A stretch of 64,000 nt of DNA from the NCBI GenBank assembly GCA_951406725.2, contig OX597825.1, forward strand, positions 21,700,001-21,764,000, written 5' to 3'. How positions within the stretch are numbered: position 1 is the first letter of the stretch; each line of letters opens with the position of its first letter. The translations under genes and the position numbers were made by a program. This document shows positions 40,510-55,004 of the stretch, one piece after another. Under the pieces are notes generated by a model, which was given only the letters and a program-made list of their open reading frames with translations, was not told where the DNA came from and searched no databases. Source of the stretch: Octopus vulgaris (Eukaryota).

Positions 40510-41740
40510 TTAACTTTATAGCAGGAACTTCTTAATGTGAGGAATGATAGCGCTGTCCACCGCTTTAAATTGATCGGCAAAAGATAGGGCCGTTTTCCAT
40601 AGTCTGATGGCCATGGTTAAAGTGATTGCATACTGACTGAAACTGAAACGATTTAAACAGATACTTTCATCGTCGGCTAGTTCTTCCTCAACAGCCTCAC
40701 CTTCCATTTGGGGAAGGAACGATAAATTAAAGAACGCGATGTTACCCTGCAGGTAACTTCCCGGAAGTTAGCCTACCGTAGGGTCAGAACGGAGAGCATG
40801 TATCGTTTAAACTGAGACCACCGTTCGGAAAGGGGTTACGTGAAACTGGAAGTTTTTGTGGCCCACGGTATTCTAGCTGCTTGATGGCCTATTACCCCGT
40901 TTCTTTATTTTTGTCCATATACTCGCACAATTTTGTATTTTGTCTACATAAAATACCCATTTCTTTATTACCCACAAGGGGCTAAACATAGAAGGGACAA
41001 ACAAGGACAGACATAGGTATTAACTCGATTACATCGACCCCAGTGCGTAACTGGTACTTAATTTATCGACTCCGAAAGAATGAAAGGTAAAGTCGACCTC
41101 GGCGGAATTTGAACTCACAACATAACGGCAGTATAAAATACCATAAAATACCATGTCTACATAAAATACCACCACTCATTGTTTTAAAAACGCAGTGATT
41201 CACTTCACGCAAACTTACTGATACATTAACGACCGGACAGTTTGGTCGCTGGAAGGATTACATCGATTATATGAGGGGCATTAAGCTCGCAACTGTCGTA
41301 GAAGGCAGCATATTTGCTCTTTATTGTCCTTGCTGTTGTAGAGTATGGACGATTACGAAAAGTCTTTCGTCTGGCAGTACTATGAGAGCCTCTGCTTGCT
41401 GTAGGTAAGTTCTCTCACTTCTATGTATTAATTAACGAGAGCATGATTGAGACACCAACACCCAAATATGTCCGAAGCACAAATGGATGACGAAAACATG
41501 CAACATGCATTCGGTTTTTATCAGTTTCAGTATTATTGTGTAGCATAGGTTTATGTCCAAACATGGTTATCATGAGAAGGACACGGATCCTCGGATCCTG
41601 CTGTTTGCCGAGTCTATAGTAAATATCGACCAATCAGATACCTTCGTAGGAATGTGTGAATGGGTGGATTTTCTTTGTCTGCCGGTTATGTCTAACGAAT
41701 TTGTGTAGTAGTCACGGTTGAAAAATTTGAAGAAAGAGCT
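40510..41740 (-). pseudogene. Possible decayed I-group LINE (RT C-terminus and RNase H-like)
   Basis: RTYLGV resembles KYLGV; downstream EGEAVEEEL...RFSFSQYAI resembles RNase H ELxAI..IFSDSQSAI; weak. Confidence 0.3.
40960..41131 (-). mobile_element. 5'-truncated SINE family C with 17-bp TSD
   Basis: tgtctacataaaatacc at 40941-40957 and 41154-41170. Confidence 0.85.
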
Positions 41741-42360
41741 TTACATCTCAGACTAGTTAAAGATTTTCAGTTAGTTACATAAGATTCCACGGTTGCCAAT
41801 ATTTAAAGATTTTGGAAAAATCAAAGTGTATAAAGTCAGCTATCGATCCAGACATTAGATTCTTCAGAATCTGAATTTGAATGCTTAGCACGAGTTATGT
41901 CAGACAGGCAGCAACAATGTAGGGTGTTGCTAAAAGAACGCTTTTATATGACTAAATGGCAGTCTTTCCTTCTTTTTCACACATACACACGCACATATAT
42001 ACACACACAGACACAGAGACAGACACGCACACACATGCACACACATGCACACAGAAAGAAAAGCAGATTCGTACAAATATATGATGTCATACATTTCCGA
42101 ACATCTGCCGTTACAGAAAATAAATACGAATATTTAGCGATTAAGTCATTTCTGATACATCACTTTCTAATTACTTCATATATCATTCTGCGCAACACCC
42201 ACCATGTATTGTATATCTCCAATTCCAAATGTGTCTATGTTAACTCACTTGTATTATCTCAATCGGCAAACAGATTTCCGCGTTGACATGACAGTCGTAT
42301 TTGTAAGATAACAGTTTTATTATTATTGGTTGGAATGTCATATCTATTATCAACAGGCCT

Positions 42361-42757
42361 AGGAGTGGCTGTGTGGTAAGTAGCTTGCTTACCAACCACA
42401 TGGTTCCGGGTTCAGTCCTATTGTGTGGCACCTTGCGCAAGTGCCTTCTTCTATACTCATTTCTTTACTACCCACAAGGGGCTAAACATAGTGAGGACAA
42501 ACAAGGACAGACAAACGGATTAAGTCGATTATATCGACCCCAGTGCGTAACTGGTACTTATTTAATCGACCACGAAAGGATGAAAGGCAAAGTTGACCTC
42601 GACGGAATTCGAACTCAGAACGTAGCGGCAGACGAAATACTACTAAGAATTTCGCCCGGCGTGCTAACGATTCTGCCAGCTCACCGCCACTATACCCTGG
42701 GGCCGACCAAAGCCTTGCGAGTGGATTTGGTAGATGGAAACCGAAAGAAGCCCATCG

Positions 42758-42789
<32 letters not shown>

Positions 42790-43021
42790 TGTATGTGTGT
42801 GTATATGTTTGTGTGTCTGTGTTTGTGCCCCACAACATCGCTTGACAACCGATGGTGGTGTGTTTACGTCCCCGTAACTTAGCGGTTCGGCAAAAGTGAC
42901 CGATAGAATAAGTACTAGGCATCCAAAGAATAAGTCCTGGGGTCGATCTGCTCGACTAAAGGTGGTGCTCCAGCATGGCCACAGTCAAATGATAGAAACA
43001 AAAGAGTAAAGAGTAAAGAGT
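42361..43021 (+). mobile_element. SINE family A with nested family C copy
   Basis: Family A interrupted at its ctata site and resumes at 42690. Confidence 0.85.
42459..42689 (-). mobile_element. SINE family C, full length, nested
   Basis: Head ggcggtgagctggcagaatcgttagcac; short TSD ctatac at 42451 and 42690. Confidence 0.85.
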
Positions 43022-44004
43022 CTTGTTTCGATTTTTAGACGTGGTTCTTCTCCCCTACTGCAACAGCGGGTAATCGTTCACATTATAACATCTTTTTTCT
43101 TATATCACTTCCGATTGCTTTCATTTTCCTTTGTGCATTATCATTTTCTATACATAGAACATGTGGTTCATCACCTTAAGCGAATGGTTGCTACTGCAAT
43201 CACGTGCGTTCGAGCGTGTATACCAGCTGATGATTTATTCCATCCGTACTCGTAGATGTTTCTTTTATGCTCGCATATAACTTAAAGAAAAAATGTTTTG
43301 CAAAAAGTAACATCGAAATAATTTGAAAAGCTAGACGTGTAAAAATGATTATCTACTTTTGGTAGAAATGACGCCACTATATACTTAGTTGCTGTACGAA
43401 AAGCAGGTAAATAAAAGAATAAAGTTGTATAAAATATTTAATGTAAAGAAAACCATAAGTTTCATGTTTAAAAAGCAACAAATTCTGTGATGTAAGGAAA
43501 CTTATAAAAACTAATAAATAACAGAAAGGAACAATTTGGAAAATGATTTCTGTTGAGTTAGCTTTTTCACTGGATTTAGATTAACACTGGCTGATTTCAA
43601 AACTACGGTGGGTTTTCATCTGTCGCGTCGAATTTTCTTTCTACAGCTTAATCTCTGAATAAGCACAATTGTATTGTTCATTCACAAGTAATAGGGCTAC
43701 TCAGCTGCCTTTATTATTTCATTGATTACACTGGGGATCATCTTCAAAAACATATTTTTGCCTTGATTTTTTTTCAATTAGTCGTACCTAACTTGATGGT
43801 ACTAGGTTCAGAGATGCTCTCAGAAATTTTTCTATCTGGCCATGTTTTTGGTTAAACGCTATTTAATTTTTTTAACAAAATATCTCAATTTTGTTATCAA
43901 ATGCAATACTGAAATAAGAAGGTAGCACAAATCAAATAGTACTTATTACTGCGTAAAAAAATATTACTCAAAATATTCAATTGCACATCTTAGGACAGCT
44001 ATTT

Positions 44005-44109
<105 letters not shown>

Positions 44110-44930
44110 AACTTATATATAAGAGCAAACGAAAAAACTCCTAACGCCAAATATGCCGAAATTAGACACATTGTCCTTAACCATGTAATTTATCATAATA
44201 AGCACGCTACTCGAAGAAGGTCGACAGAAATTTCACAAAAATTCCGTTATTACCATATAGGACCGATTTCAGGGTTAGTTCATAAAAACCCTCCCTTCGT
44301 CAGTGATAAATGCGGCAAAGAAATAAATGAGATACTCACTCATACCTATGGAGGAAGCAAACACTAAGTCATGACCAAAATTAAGTACCCTAAATATATC
44401 CAAAACAGAAATTCTCCAGCCCATTCGAGACACATGCGATTCGAACTGAAACTCTCACAAAGTGAGAGAGTCCGGAAGTGAACACTATTAAATTTACATC
44501 TAATGAAGGATAAAATTTCTCCAAGGCGTTACCCATTACAATGCTCCTTGGCCTAACGGCCCTTAATGTCTGTCTTCGTCGATTGTTTACTCCCTGCGTC
44601 CACTCTGTCGTTGTTTGTTTTCCTTTGAAGCTCTAACCCTGCTCACATTTTATATTTTTTCTTAATTTCTGCATGCCGCTTTTTTATGAAGGTGTCCTAT
44701 CATCTCGTTGAAAGCTCGAAAAGGGGAGTAACTAACAGTTGACAACTGAGGAAGGGCAAGACCTCGTTTGGTATTTTCTCCCCTATTATCTCTCATTGTG
44801 TGCTTACGTATTTTTCACTTGTTTGTGATGTCAAGTTCTTCTTGAGTAATTTTAGTATTTTGTTCTGCAATTACCTCTCGTGTATTTACATACTTTTCAT
44901 TCGTTAGTGATGTCCTGTACATGATGTAAT
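44110..44930. mobile_element. Probable PLE-derived remnants between microsatellites
   Basis: Partial HHR on minus at 44261-44303 and degenerate HHR on plus at 44676-44726. Confidence 0.35.
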
Positions 44931-45047
44931 ATATATATATCATAAATTTATAAATGAGGATAATATCGATATTTAAATATCGATCTTATCAAGTGGCCAG
45001 CATGGGAATAAATATCATATAAGGGTAAAAATTATCTAAAACTATAA

Positions 45048-45285
45048 CTTAGGGTATCTGAGAAATACCACCACGCTGAAATAGCAGTCAAAACCCTGAC
45101 CCCAAAGCCACAATGTTCATAGAGCGCTAGGAGAGTAGACACAGAGGCAAAATAAACTAGCAAAAAAAGATTTTTCTAGATAATTCTGTTTACTCTTCTA
45201 GCCCTATATGAACATCTAATGTGGATTTAGGGTCAGGGTTTTGACTTCTATTTCAGCGTGGTGGTATCTCACAGATATCCTAATG
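45048..45285. repeat. Foldback element with arms of about 100 bp
   Basis: ataccaccacgctgaaatagcagtcaaaaccctgaccc pairs with gggtcagggttttgacttctatttcagcgtggtggtat. Confidence 0.8.
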
Positions 45286-45397
45286 TATATATATATATAT
45301 ATATATATATATTTTATATTATATATATATATATATCATATATATATATATATCATATATATATATTATATTATATATATATATATCATATATATAT

Positions 45398-45437
<40 letters not shown>

Positions 45438-45450
45438 TATATACATATAT

Positions 45451-45508
<58 letters not shown>

Positions 45509-46044
45509 TATATATATTACATCAATGTGTGTGTGTGTGCGCTTGCCTTTGAGCGTCTCGCGCATGCGCACGTGTGTGTGTGTGTGTGTTTGTATAAAAC
45601 AGGCGGTCAGAAAACCCCCAAATCCTGTCTGCTACATTTGCACAGTTTTGGGTTAGTAGGAAACGATCGTATAACCACACACGTGATAGCGATTCTATTG
45701 ATTTTTCAACTGTAAATGGCAACGCTATTTGGAGCCATCTAAGTTATAGACGAAGTAAATGTTTGATGTAAGAATCAATACAAATAGCTGTCTATTTAGT
45801 AATCACTCAAGAATTTACAAATGATGTTTTAACGCTGAAACGTAGTAGAAAGTGACAGCCAAATACCTTTGAAAGTATGTAGTATGTTATCGTTTGAATC
45901 CGTGGTTTCATACGCTTCTGTTTTTTTTTTTTATTTCTATCCGTGAATGTTATTACGCTGATATTGCGATCAGACATCGTTTTCTGAAATGAAAAGTAAA
46001 TTAGTAATCATCTTGTAAGAAACCAATGAAAGCAATGAAAATGT

Positions 46045-46144
46045 AACAACAACAACAACAACAAGAACAACAACAACAACAACAACAAAAACAACAATAA
46101 TCAAGTATCATGTTTCATAACATTGATGACGCGATAATAATTAA

Positions 46145-46240
<96 letters not shown>

Positions 46241-46270
46241 TAATGGTAATAATGATATAATAATAATAGC

Positions 46271-46314
<44 letters not shown>

Positions 46315-46372
46315 TGATAATAATATAATAATAATAATAATGATAATAATAATAATGATAATAATAATAATG

Positions 46373-46421
<49 letters not shown>

Positions 46422-46440
46422 TAATAATAATAATAGTAGA
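46045..46440. repeat. Compound (AAC)n, (ACT)n, (AAT)n microsatellite
   Basis: Direct reading. Confidence 0.95.
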
Positions 46441-46643
46441 CAATGATAATAAAAATAATTAAAATAGTAGCACAAATATACGAATGCAAAACCGATAAAA
46501 GGACATGAAACACTACAAATATGTCAAATGAGATGCATCTTAAGCAGAAATCTTTTTCCCATTATATATGACAACCTCATAAAATAACAATTTTATATAT
46601 GTATATATATATGTGTGTGTGTGTGTGTGTATTTATATACATA

Positions 46644-46705
<62 letters not shown>

Positions 46706-47592
46706 CGTGTGTGTGTGTGTGTGTGTGTATTTATATACATAAACATATATATATAGACACGCATACACACATATCATTTAGTCAAGACGGAAATATATAC
46801 GAAATATATTGCTTTTAGTAGATGTGTTTGCTTTTCTTTTTTTTTTTTTTTACTTTGTGGCATCCACAGTTCTTTTGAACGTTGTTTACTGTCAAGGGGT
46901 AATGGTTTTTCAATGAGATAACTTTGGGGATTTATTTTGAAGCGTATGTTACTTATGAAATAATGTAAATGTCAATTTAAATGCTGTTATATTCTTCAAC
47001 TGAGTGTAAGTTCTCCATACCAGAGATAGCGTTGCTAAAAGCAAATGGCGTTATGACATTTCAAATAACAGAACCGATGCTGTTCTTTTTTATGATTTAA
47101 CGCTTAATAATAATAGAAGATATTAAAAAAGAACGGTTTGAATTGTCTGTAAATGATTGCGTCCTGCCAAAGCACATTAGTTTTTATTTGAATGGATTCC
47201 GTATATATGTTTCTAAAGACATGAAACGTGGTGATGCAATGTTCATGCCTTTGTTACAGAATTAAGTATGTAAGTGATATGGGATAATTTTAGATGACTG
47301 TCTCAATAGCATGCTTACTGTTATATAGGTCTTATTGTTTCAAACCGAGATTAAATATTAGATTGGCCTGATGTGACATATGTTACGCATACTTATACAC
47401 CCATATTACATATGCTATAAATTTAAAGTCAAACAAGTGTTTCAGAAGAGCAATTAAATTAGCGAAAGCTAACTTATATTGCTAAGCCTTTACATCTTTA
47501 TAATTAGCCAATCCTCTGTTGACTGCAACACATCCTGAATATTCTTTGCATTTCCGGTTTCGTTGGATTTTGATAAAAATATTCTCATCTAC

Positions 47593-48000
47593 CTTTTATC
47601 TTTTATTTGTTTTAGTCATTATATTGTGGCCATGCTGGAGCACCGCCTTGAATTTTTAGACAAATAAATCGACACCAGTACTTATTTTTAAAGTCTGGAA
47701 TTATTCAATCGGTCCCTTTGCTGATCCGCTAAGTTACGGGGATACAAATACACCGATGCTAGTTGTCAGGCGGTGGTGGTGGCGGGAACAGACACATAAA
47801 GTCACACGCTTACATAGGTACGTACATAAGTACATACATACATACGCACATACGTACATACATTTTCCGTCTACCAAAGTCACGCAAAAGTCATTTTGGT
47901 CGACACGAAGCAATTGAGATAATTGTAGAAAACACAAAGTGGGACTGAACCCGGAACCAAGTGGTAGGAAAGCAAGCTTCTTACCACACAGCCATTCTTG
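47593..48000 (-). mobile_element. SINE family A
   Basis: Homology to 23145-23539. Confidence 0.75.
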
Positions 48001-48003
48001 CAC

Positions 48004-48082
<79 letters not shown>

Positions 48083-50225
48083 TATATATTTATATTCATA
48101 TTTATATACACATATGTGAGTATGCTTGTGCCTGCGTATACAGTCACATATACATATGTATATGTGTGTATTGTCATACTTATAATTCCTGGTGATATTT
48201 ATTCCTTTCTTACAGACATTATATTATTGGCTTAAATATATTGAATAAATTGAAACTGCCTTAGTCGACTCGCTTTCAGAGTAAAACTATTAACATATAA
48301 TAAAATTTTGTTTCTTCGGGATTAGGAAAAGCAGGCAGAATATACCAAGAGTTAATCTAAGGAACAGGTTTTTATTAAAAAGTTTCTGGCAAATTAGAAA
48401 CTTAAAACGATGTATTTCATAAACACCGGGGAAAATAAAATCAATATATGAATTGTTATAATAAATATCGTTTTCCCAATCGGAGTTAAAGTTTTTAGAG
48501 CTGTTCATAAGACATATATCATTGATTCTCATGGTTTACCCAGGGCTTTGAAACGCTTAAAATATAGACAAAAAGTATTCTAGACAAGAGGAAACTACTA
48601 TCTACAATTTAATGTATGGATTTTAGTATTGCTTTACATAGTATGGGAAATTGTTGTATTATGATGTTAGCGCATGCTTCATAGGTCTTGAGTCAAATAG
48701 TCGGTTTAATATGAAAATAAAGTGTTACTGCAGTGAAAACTTATAATATTTTCGATTTATTGTTACAGATTTAAAATGGTGGAATGTAGGAGATCGAATC
48801 GACTGTAATAATAATTTTATCGACTTTAGATAAAAACTAATGCCAAACCAGTTGGAAATTTAATTGAGGAGGCAAGTCATTTAATAGTCAAACGCATGTT
48901 GATCTTTCTGTCAATTACGATCAGATATTTTGAAATAACGAATACTTACTTCAGCCTAAAATACGACTGCTTGATACCAGATATAATAAATCTACATACA
49001 TATATAAAATATGCGTTGTATTTATTTTATTGATCCTGGAGGAAGAATGAAGAAGAGGGAATTTCGTTGGTAGTATAAACACATTTGGGAATGACACACG
49101 TGTTGATCTTAGAAAAATCCAATATCACAACGCGATAGTGGATAATCAAAGACTGTTGGTCAAATATTTTAATATAGTTTTCTAATATTTAAAATAATGG
49201 GTTTTGAAATCAAAGATTCGTGTCTATTATCAGTTGTCATGTTTCGACTACTTACAAACGCATTTAAAATGCATCATTAGTAGCGCTTTAGCCTTAGATG
49301 CTTAAATGTTAGTATTAAGTAGTTTCAGTATATTCTGTTACTTTTGAACTGTGCGTCCAACTACTTTTGTGTAGATAACATTGGAGAGTAGAGCTCTCTA
49401 CAGACTTCCTTCTTTCAGATCCACTAAATAGATGCAAAATCTGCAATGGCTGACGTTATAACTTCTCGCTTTATAGCGTTTGCCACCATTACTCTATGTG
49501 TAAGAGATAAATGTGTTTTATCTTATTGCATGTAAATATTGTTTTCCATTTCAATTTACAAACCGGTGATAACAGCACCGTCCCACTGTACATCTTCGTG
49601 AAATGGAACATCATATCCTTTAGAGCATGTTACATAAAATGTTTATCTCTTAAGCTGAACTGCGCGACAACGGATACTGTAATAAAATCTCCGAAAATAA
49701 TCCATTTATTGAAATGGAGTTCGGTTTGGCATCGTATTGATCGAATTATTAGAACAGAAGTATAATATCAGTATCTCAATGAGGTTTTATCTCTTGATTT
49801 GATTTCAGTTCTGTAAAAGTGATAAAACACTCGCGCATTTTACTTCCTTCCCTGCTCGTATCGACGTTGACAGTATCACTGTGTATATCAGAATCAAAGC
49901 TAACGAAAAAAAGATTACAAAAAAACCAAAAACAACAGAAAACATGTTTTTTATTCTCCTAGGTGTTTCAGTGTGAACACAGTTGGCCGAATGCTCCTGT
50001 ATATATGCGGTAGAGTAGGAGTACGATGGGGTGGGGGTATAATAAGGATAGAATGAGTAAAGAGCATTCTGTGGAAATACAAATATTTTTCGCTTTTTGA
50101 CGAATTTATTTGTTAGGAAATATGGAGACACATACCTCTCTATGTATTTCATAAGCATCAGTGCAAAAAACGGTTTGAGTCTGTAGTTTAACTATTGTAT
50201 AAATACTTGTATATATCGTATATAT

Positions 50226-50535
50226 CACTATGATCCCCGTGACCGACCAGGCTATCAGATGTTGTTACACATCGCTGGTCATAATGCGCTTCGCATTGTT
50301 TTAGCCTTCAAATGACGCCACCCTGCTGGCTAAGGGATCAGGCCAACAAAAGGAAGAGTGAGAAAAAGTTGTGGCGAAAGAGTACAGCAGGGATCACCAC
50401 CATCCCCTGCCGGAGCTTCGTGGAGCTTTAGATGTTTTCGTTCAATAGACACTCACAACGGCCGGTCTGGGAATCGAAACCGCCATCCTACAACCGCGAG
50501 TCCGCTGCCCTAACCACTAAGCCATTGCGCCTCCA
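50226..50535 (-). mobile_element. SINE family B head with another distinct tail; 14-bp TSD
   Basis: tatatcgtatatat at 50212-50225 and 50537-50550; tail ...cttagccagcagggtggcgtc...ggtcacggggatc. Confidence 0.85.
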
Positions 50536-51509
50536 TTATATCGTATATATAGTGAACATAAAATAACCATTTAGGTTTCATAACTACTGCATATAAACAA
50601 GCATTGGGATGCAATCCTGAGTATGTTTAAGATATGATTTCGCCAGAGGAGATCCTCAGTGATCAGCGATTATAGAGGTTCGATTCGGATGCTGTTCACG
50701 ATAAAGTGAGCTGTGGTGCAAAGTAATGTTTTCTTCATATAGACAGTAATATGAAAATTCATGTAAAATGAAACACTAGAAAGTTTTAAATAGTTAATTG
50801 CCTATAATTCTTGTTAAAACTACGCCATATTCATGACATCCTGCTTTCCTTTAGGTGCCAATCATAAACGTAATTGTTTCATGATCAAACAAACAATTAA
50901 CAAAGCATTGGGACAAGATTATGCCTCCGTCCATGACTGTTCTCCTTATTTTAATATAAAGATAATTGAAGTTTTCTCTATCGATTTGAAAGAAATGATT
51001 ATCAAAATAGTTCCTCTCATGTTAGCATTACTTTAACTGATTTATTAATAAATAACCACTTAAATGTCTTAAATTAGCCAATACACGATCAAATTAATGG
51101 AGCTCATTTCTCTAATTTTCTCACGTCCATATATTGATTTCTGTATCTTTTGGTTATGAATACCAAAGAACTACATGATCACAAACATTTACAATGATTT
51201 TGTTACTAAATAAGCTTGTTCTTTGCTCTAGCGAAATTATGATGTGGCGTACCATTAATATAATTAGTTCTATTAAGGGTTCATACGTTTTGACACATAG
51301 AATTTTAGGGGCCTAACAGTGAGTTGTTTCCCATTGAACTTTAGCTGTATAACTTCATTATAAGACTAATAATAATTATTTGGATCGATTTTTTTTTATG
51401 TCTGACAGGCATATACTATATCTCTGTTAGTGATTCTTCGACTTACAATCATTAGAAACGTTCTTGTTCACTCATATCTGTTACTGAGTTTGTTAGTCCA
51501 CGAGGATTA

Positions 51510-51579
51510 TACTACTACTACTACTACTACTACTGCTACTACTACTACTACTACCACCACCACCACCGCCGCCGCCACC

Positions 51580-51645
<66 letters not shown>

Positions 51646-51848
51646 GCTTCTGCTGCTGCTGCTGCTAATGCAACTGCTATTGCTGCTACTGAGGGGGATG
51701 TAATGGACCTTTAAAAATGCTGGCCTCGTGCTTATTGCAGAACTGATTACATTCTGAGTTCAAATGCCGGCGAGGCCGAATTTATTTTTCGTCCTTTCGT
51801 GGTCGATTAAATACGCTTCATTAAAATACTGTGATCGATGTAGTAGTC

Positions 51849-51897
<49 letters not shown>

Positions 51898-51948
51898 CAG
51901 TAGTAGTAGTAGTAGTAGCAGCAGCAGTAGCAGCAGTAGCATCATCAA

Positions 51949-52003
<55 letters not shown>
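51510..52003. repeat. (ACT)n and (AGT)n tracts flanking a SINE C fragment
   Basis: 51510-51690 and 51841-52003. Confidence 0.9.
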
Positions 52004-52004
<1 letters not shown>

Positions 52005-53769
52005 AAATGCGCTTTGTATTGAGTGAATTGTTACCCCCCCGCCCCGGAAAAAAAAACCTTGCATTGAATTTTCTGTTTTTTATGACTTTAGAGGAAATGT
52101 CGCCGTTTTTGTGAAGCATATTTCTTAATCACATCGACATACATTTGCATACACTAGATGTATTTCACAATAACAGTTTTGGTTTCGTTTCGTTTAATTT
52201 CACTTCCTGATAAAAAAAAAAAAAAAATCTAAGGACATGTTTTGCATATTTTTTTTATTTCAAATCGCCTTTCCGTGTTGAAATATAAAATAAATACTTT
52301 CACAGCTGCAGCTGAAGACATACATTTAACGCGACAACCACTTATATTTTACCCTAAAAAAAAAAAAAATTATCAGATCTTATGAAGGAGTGTAATAGAA
52401 ATAAACTGTGAAAGATATATCACTCGAGCCATATGTGTCAATTTTATTCAATTTCTCTTTCTAAATAGATTCTTTTGTGATAAAATGTAAATGTCAAAAT
52501 GAATTTACCAACGAGTCGTGTATCTGTATAATCACCCAATTTTCTGCACCATTTTACAATAGAAAACATTTTATACTTTCGCTGAAATACGTGAGCATGC
52601 AATCTGCATGTGGTAATGTACCTAATATATGCTATATTTTGAATATTCTAGCTATCTGAATGACAGTCTAATGATTGAAAAAGTAGTTGTTTACTAAGTT
52701 ACATTTCCAGCCTTGAAAACGATACACCACACATATTTAATTTTCGACAGACCATTTCTTTAAAACAGTTTCAGCATTAAACTCTACTCTATGCTTTCAG
52801 ATATTTTATCATCTTCCATTCAAATAAACTGTATTTTAGTTATTCTTAACGTCACTACACAAGTGAATGATCTTGTCTGTTTTTTCCTACTTATCTGCTT
52901 GTACCATTGAGTTCTAGTTTGCTGTTTAACCCAGGTCAAGTCAGGTCCAACAGTACTATGTGTAAAACGTATTGTACTCAAGATCACGTTATATTTTAGT
53001 CAGACATCTTTCAGTCCAGAAAGACGTTACCTAATAAAGTACTTTTTCTTATCTTATATCTTATAGGAGATATATATGGCTCCTATTTTTTGCATGACGT
53101 TCGACCACATAGAGCTTTATTTGTTCATTGTCCTTTATCACGTATGCCACATCAGTTTTCAGAGAATCTTTTAATATGAATATATGATGATATCTGTCCC
53201 GGGCCAATTCTCATAGACTTGCCCAATGATTCAAAGCTTTTAATTCGGGACTAAAACATATTTTAAAGCTATAATATGGTTACACTTTTCTACGTATCTT
53301 TTCTTTATGTATACATCTAAGAAACGAAATTTTTTAAACGTTCCTGCTATTTCGAAAATCTCTATAGGATACATTGATGTTCCTTCCCTTTATAAGGGTA
53401 AATACATCTTCTTTACTACACTAATATGTTTAGTAAATATTTATAACAGAGGCAAAGGTTCAGAAATTCTGGGAGAGGTAATCACTGATTTTATCAACGC
53501 CAGTACTTGATTGGTGGTTCATTTTATCAATGCTGTTGCTTTGACAAACTTTTATTTTATTGCTATGCTTCTGGCTATCATCCACTCGAGTTTAGCCTGG
53601 TGAGAGTGCTCGTTAAGTCTTCAGCAACCTCGAGAGAGTATTAAGATATTCCGGGTTATATGTTATCAGTAATATTCGCAAGCGTTCTGACATATGTTGA
53701 AGTCATACAGGACATGATAAGATTAGCTAGCAATTGATAAATCAATTATACGTAATTGTCTGAAAAATT

Positions 53770-54910
53770 ACAATCTATGCATGTCATACAAAGGCTGCAT
53801 GACATGTATAGATTAGAAAGAAAACCTTTGATGCGGTACCTCATTCATAGCTTTTGAAGTGTATTTCTAGATTTGGCATAGCTGAAGATAGTGTCAACGT
53901 TTTGAAATCAAAATTACCACACTGGGTGATAAAGCTATACGCTGGTCGTAAAAGTCTCTGATCTATCCATGTTAAAATGTAATATTTTCCAAGATGAATT
54001 CCTTTCTCGCATAAATTTTACCTTATCATTGACATCATTCGCAATGTTGTTAATGGAACTGGGATTAATTAGAAATGTGGGAAGGAAAACCAAGAGATTT
54101 AAGGTTGTTGTTAACTGAAGATGAAACTGATTCAATTGTAAATACGATGTGCTATAATGACTACTGAAGATGAGTTTGATGTCTCAGAATATGCTGTAGT
54201 TAGCTTTAAAATAGTTAAGATAGAGAAAAGCAGTCTCTATCTTAACTATTATTCAGATACAACCTGGAGAAGTTGCAGATGAGTCAGAAGAAACTATCCG
54301 AAATATGTGAGCAGACTACAATTAGATATTTTAGATGGAACGATGCAGACAAGGTTAAAAATGTAATCGAAGAGTAAGCTGCATTCCAAGAAATTTGATT
54401 GTAGTTATAAATACCTGGGCAGTAACTGTGGCATTATACAGTAATTCCATCTTCCGTTAGACTGGTATAAGATTAGAAATATTGAGAGGATTACTCGGAA
54501 GTTAATGGCAGAGTATAAACAACTGCGTCTACGAGCAGATGTGATTCACTTGAACATACAAAGGAAGACTTGGTTTGGTGAACATAGATGTACATGCTGG
54601 CGCTCAATGCGGCTACTTACAACGGTATTTGATAAGTTGTAATAAACTATTCCTGTAATATATTGCGGCAAGCAACAAGTGGTTGAAGAATGTTTGAGAA
54701 GAAGAACGTAAAGAAGAAAAGAATTATAACAGAAAAGCAAAGTAGAGATGAAACGTGCCTCCCAGTGGTGAATTTGAAAGGAGAATGAAGAGCGAAAATA
54801 CGGAACAGTTGCGGGTATGGTTACGAAAAGCTGATCTGAAGATTGATACTGAAAAATTTAATATTAGCTCCTCAGGTGTGAGTAAACCAATTCCACGAGA
54901 AAGAATAAAT
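53770..54910 (+). pseudogene. Decayed R4/Dong-like RT region
   Basis: Motifs in order: ID*K..FDAVPHS, NIFQDEFLS (GIFQGDSLS), YKYLG, TRKLM..LRADV, GEFERR..WLRKADLKIDTE. Confidence 0.7.
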
Positions 54911-55004
54911 ATCGAATGTGTGTATATATATATATGTATATATGTGTGTGTATATATGTGTGTGTGTGTGTGTGTGTGTGCGCGTGTGCGTGTGTGTGTG
55001 TATA

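Noticed and set aside
49944-50015. Possible micro-exon VFQCEHSWPNAPVYMR
   Set aside because: Weak donor and no recognisable homology
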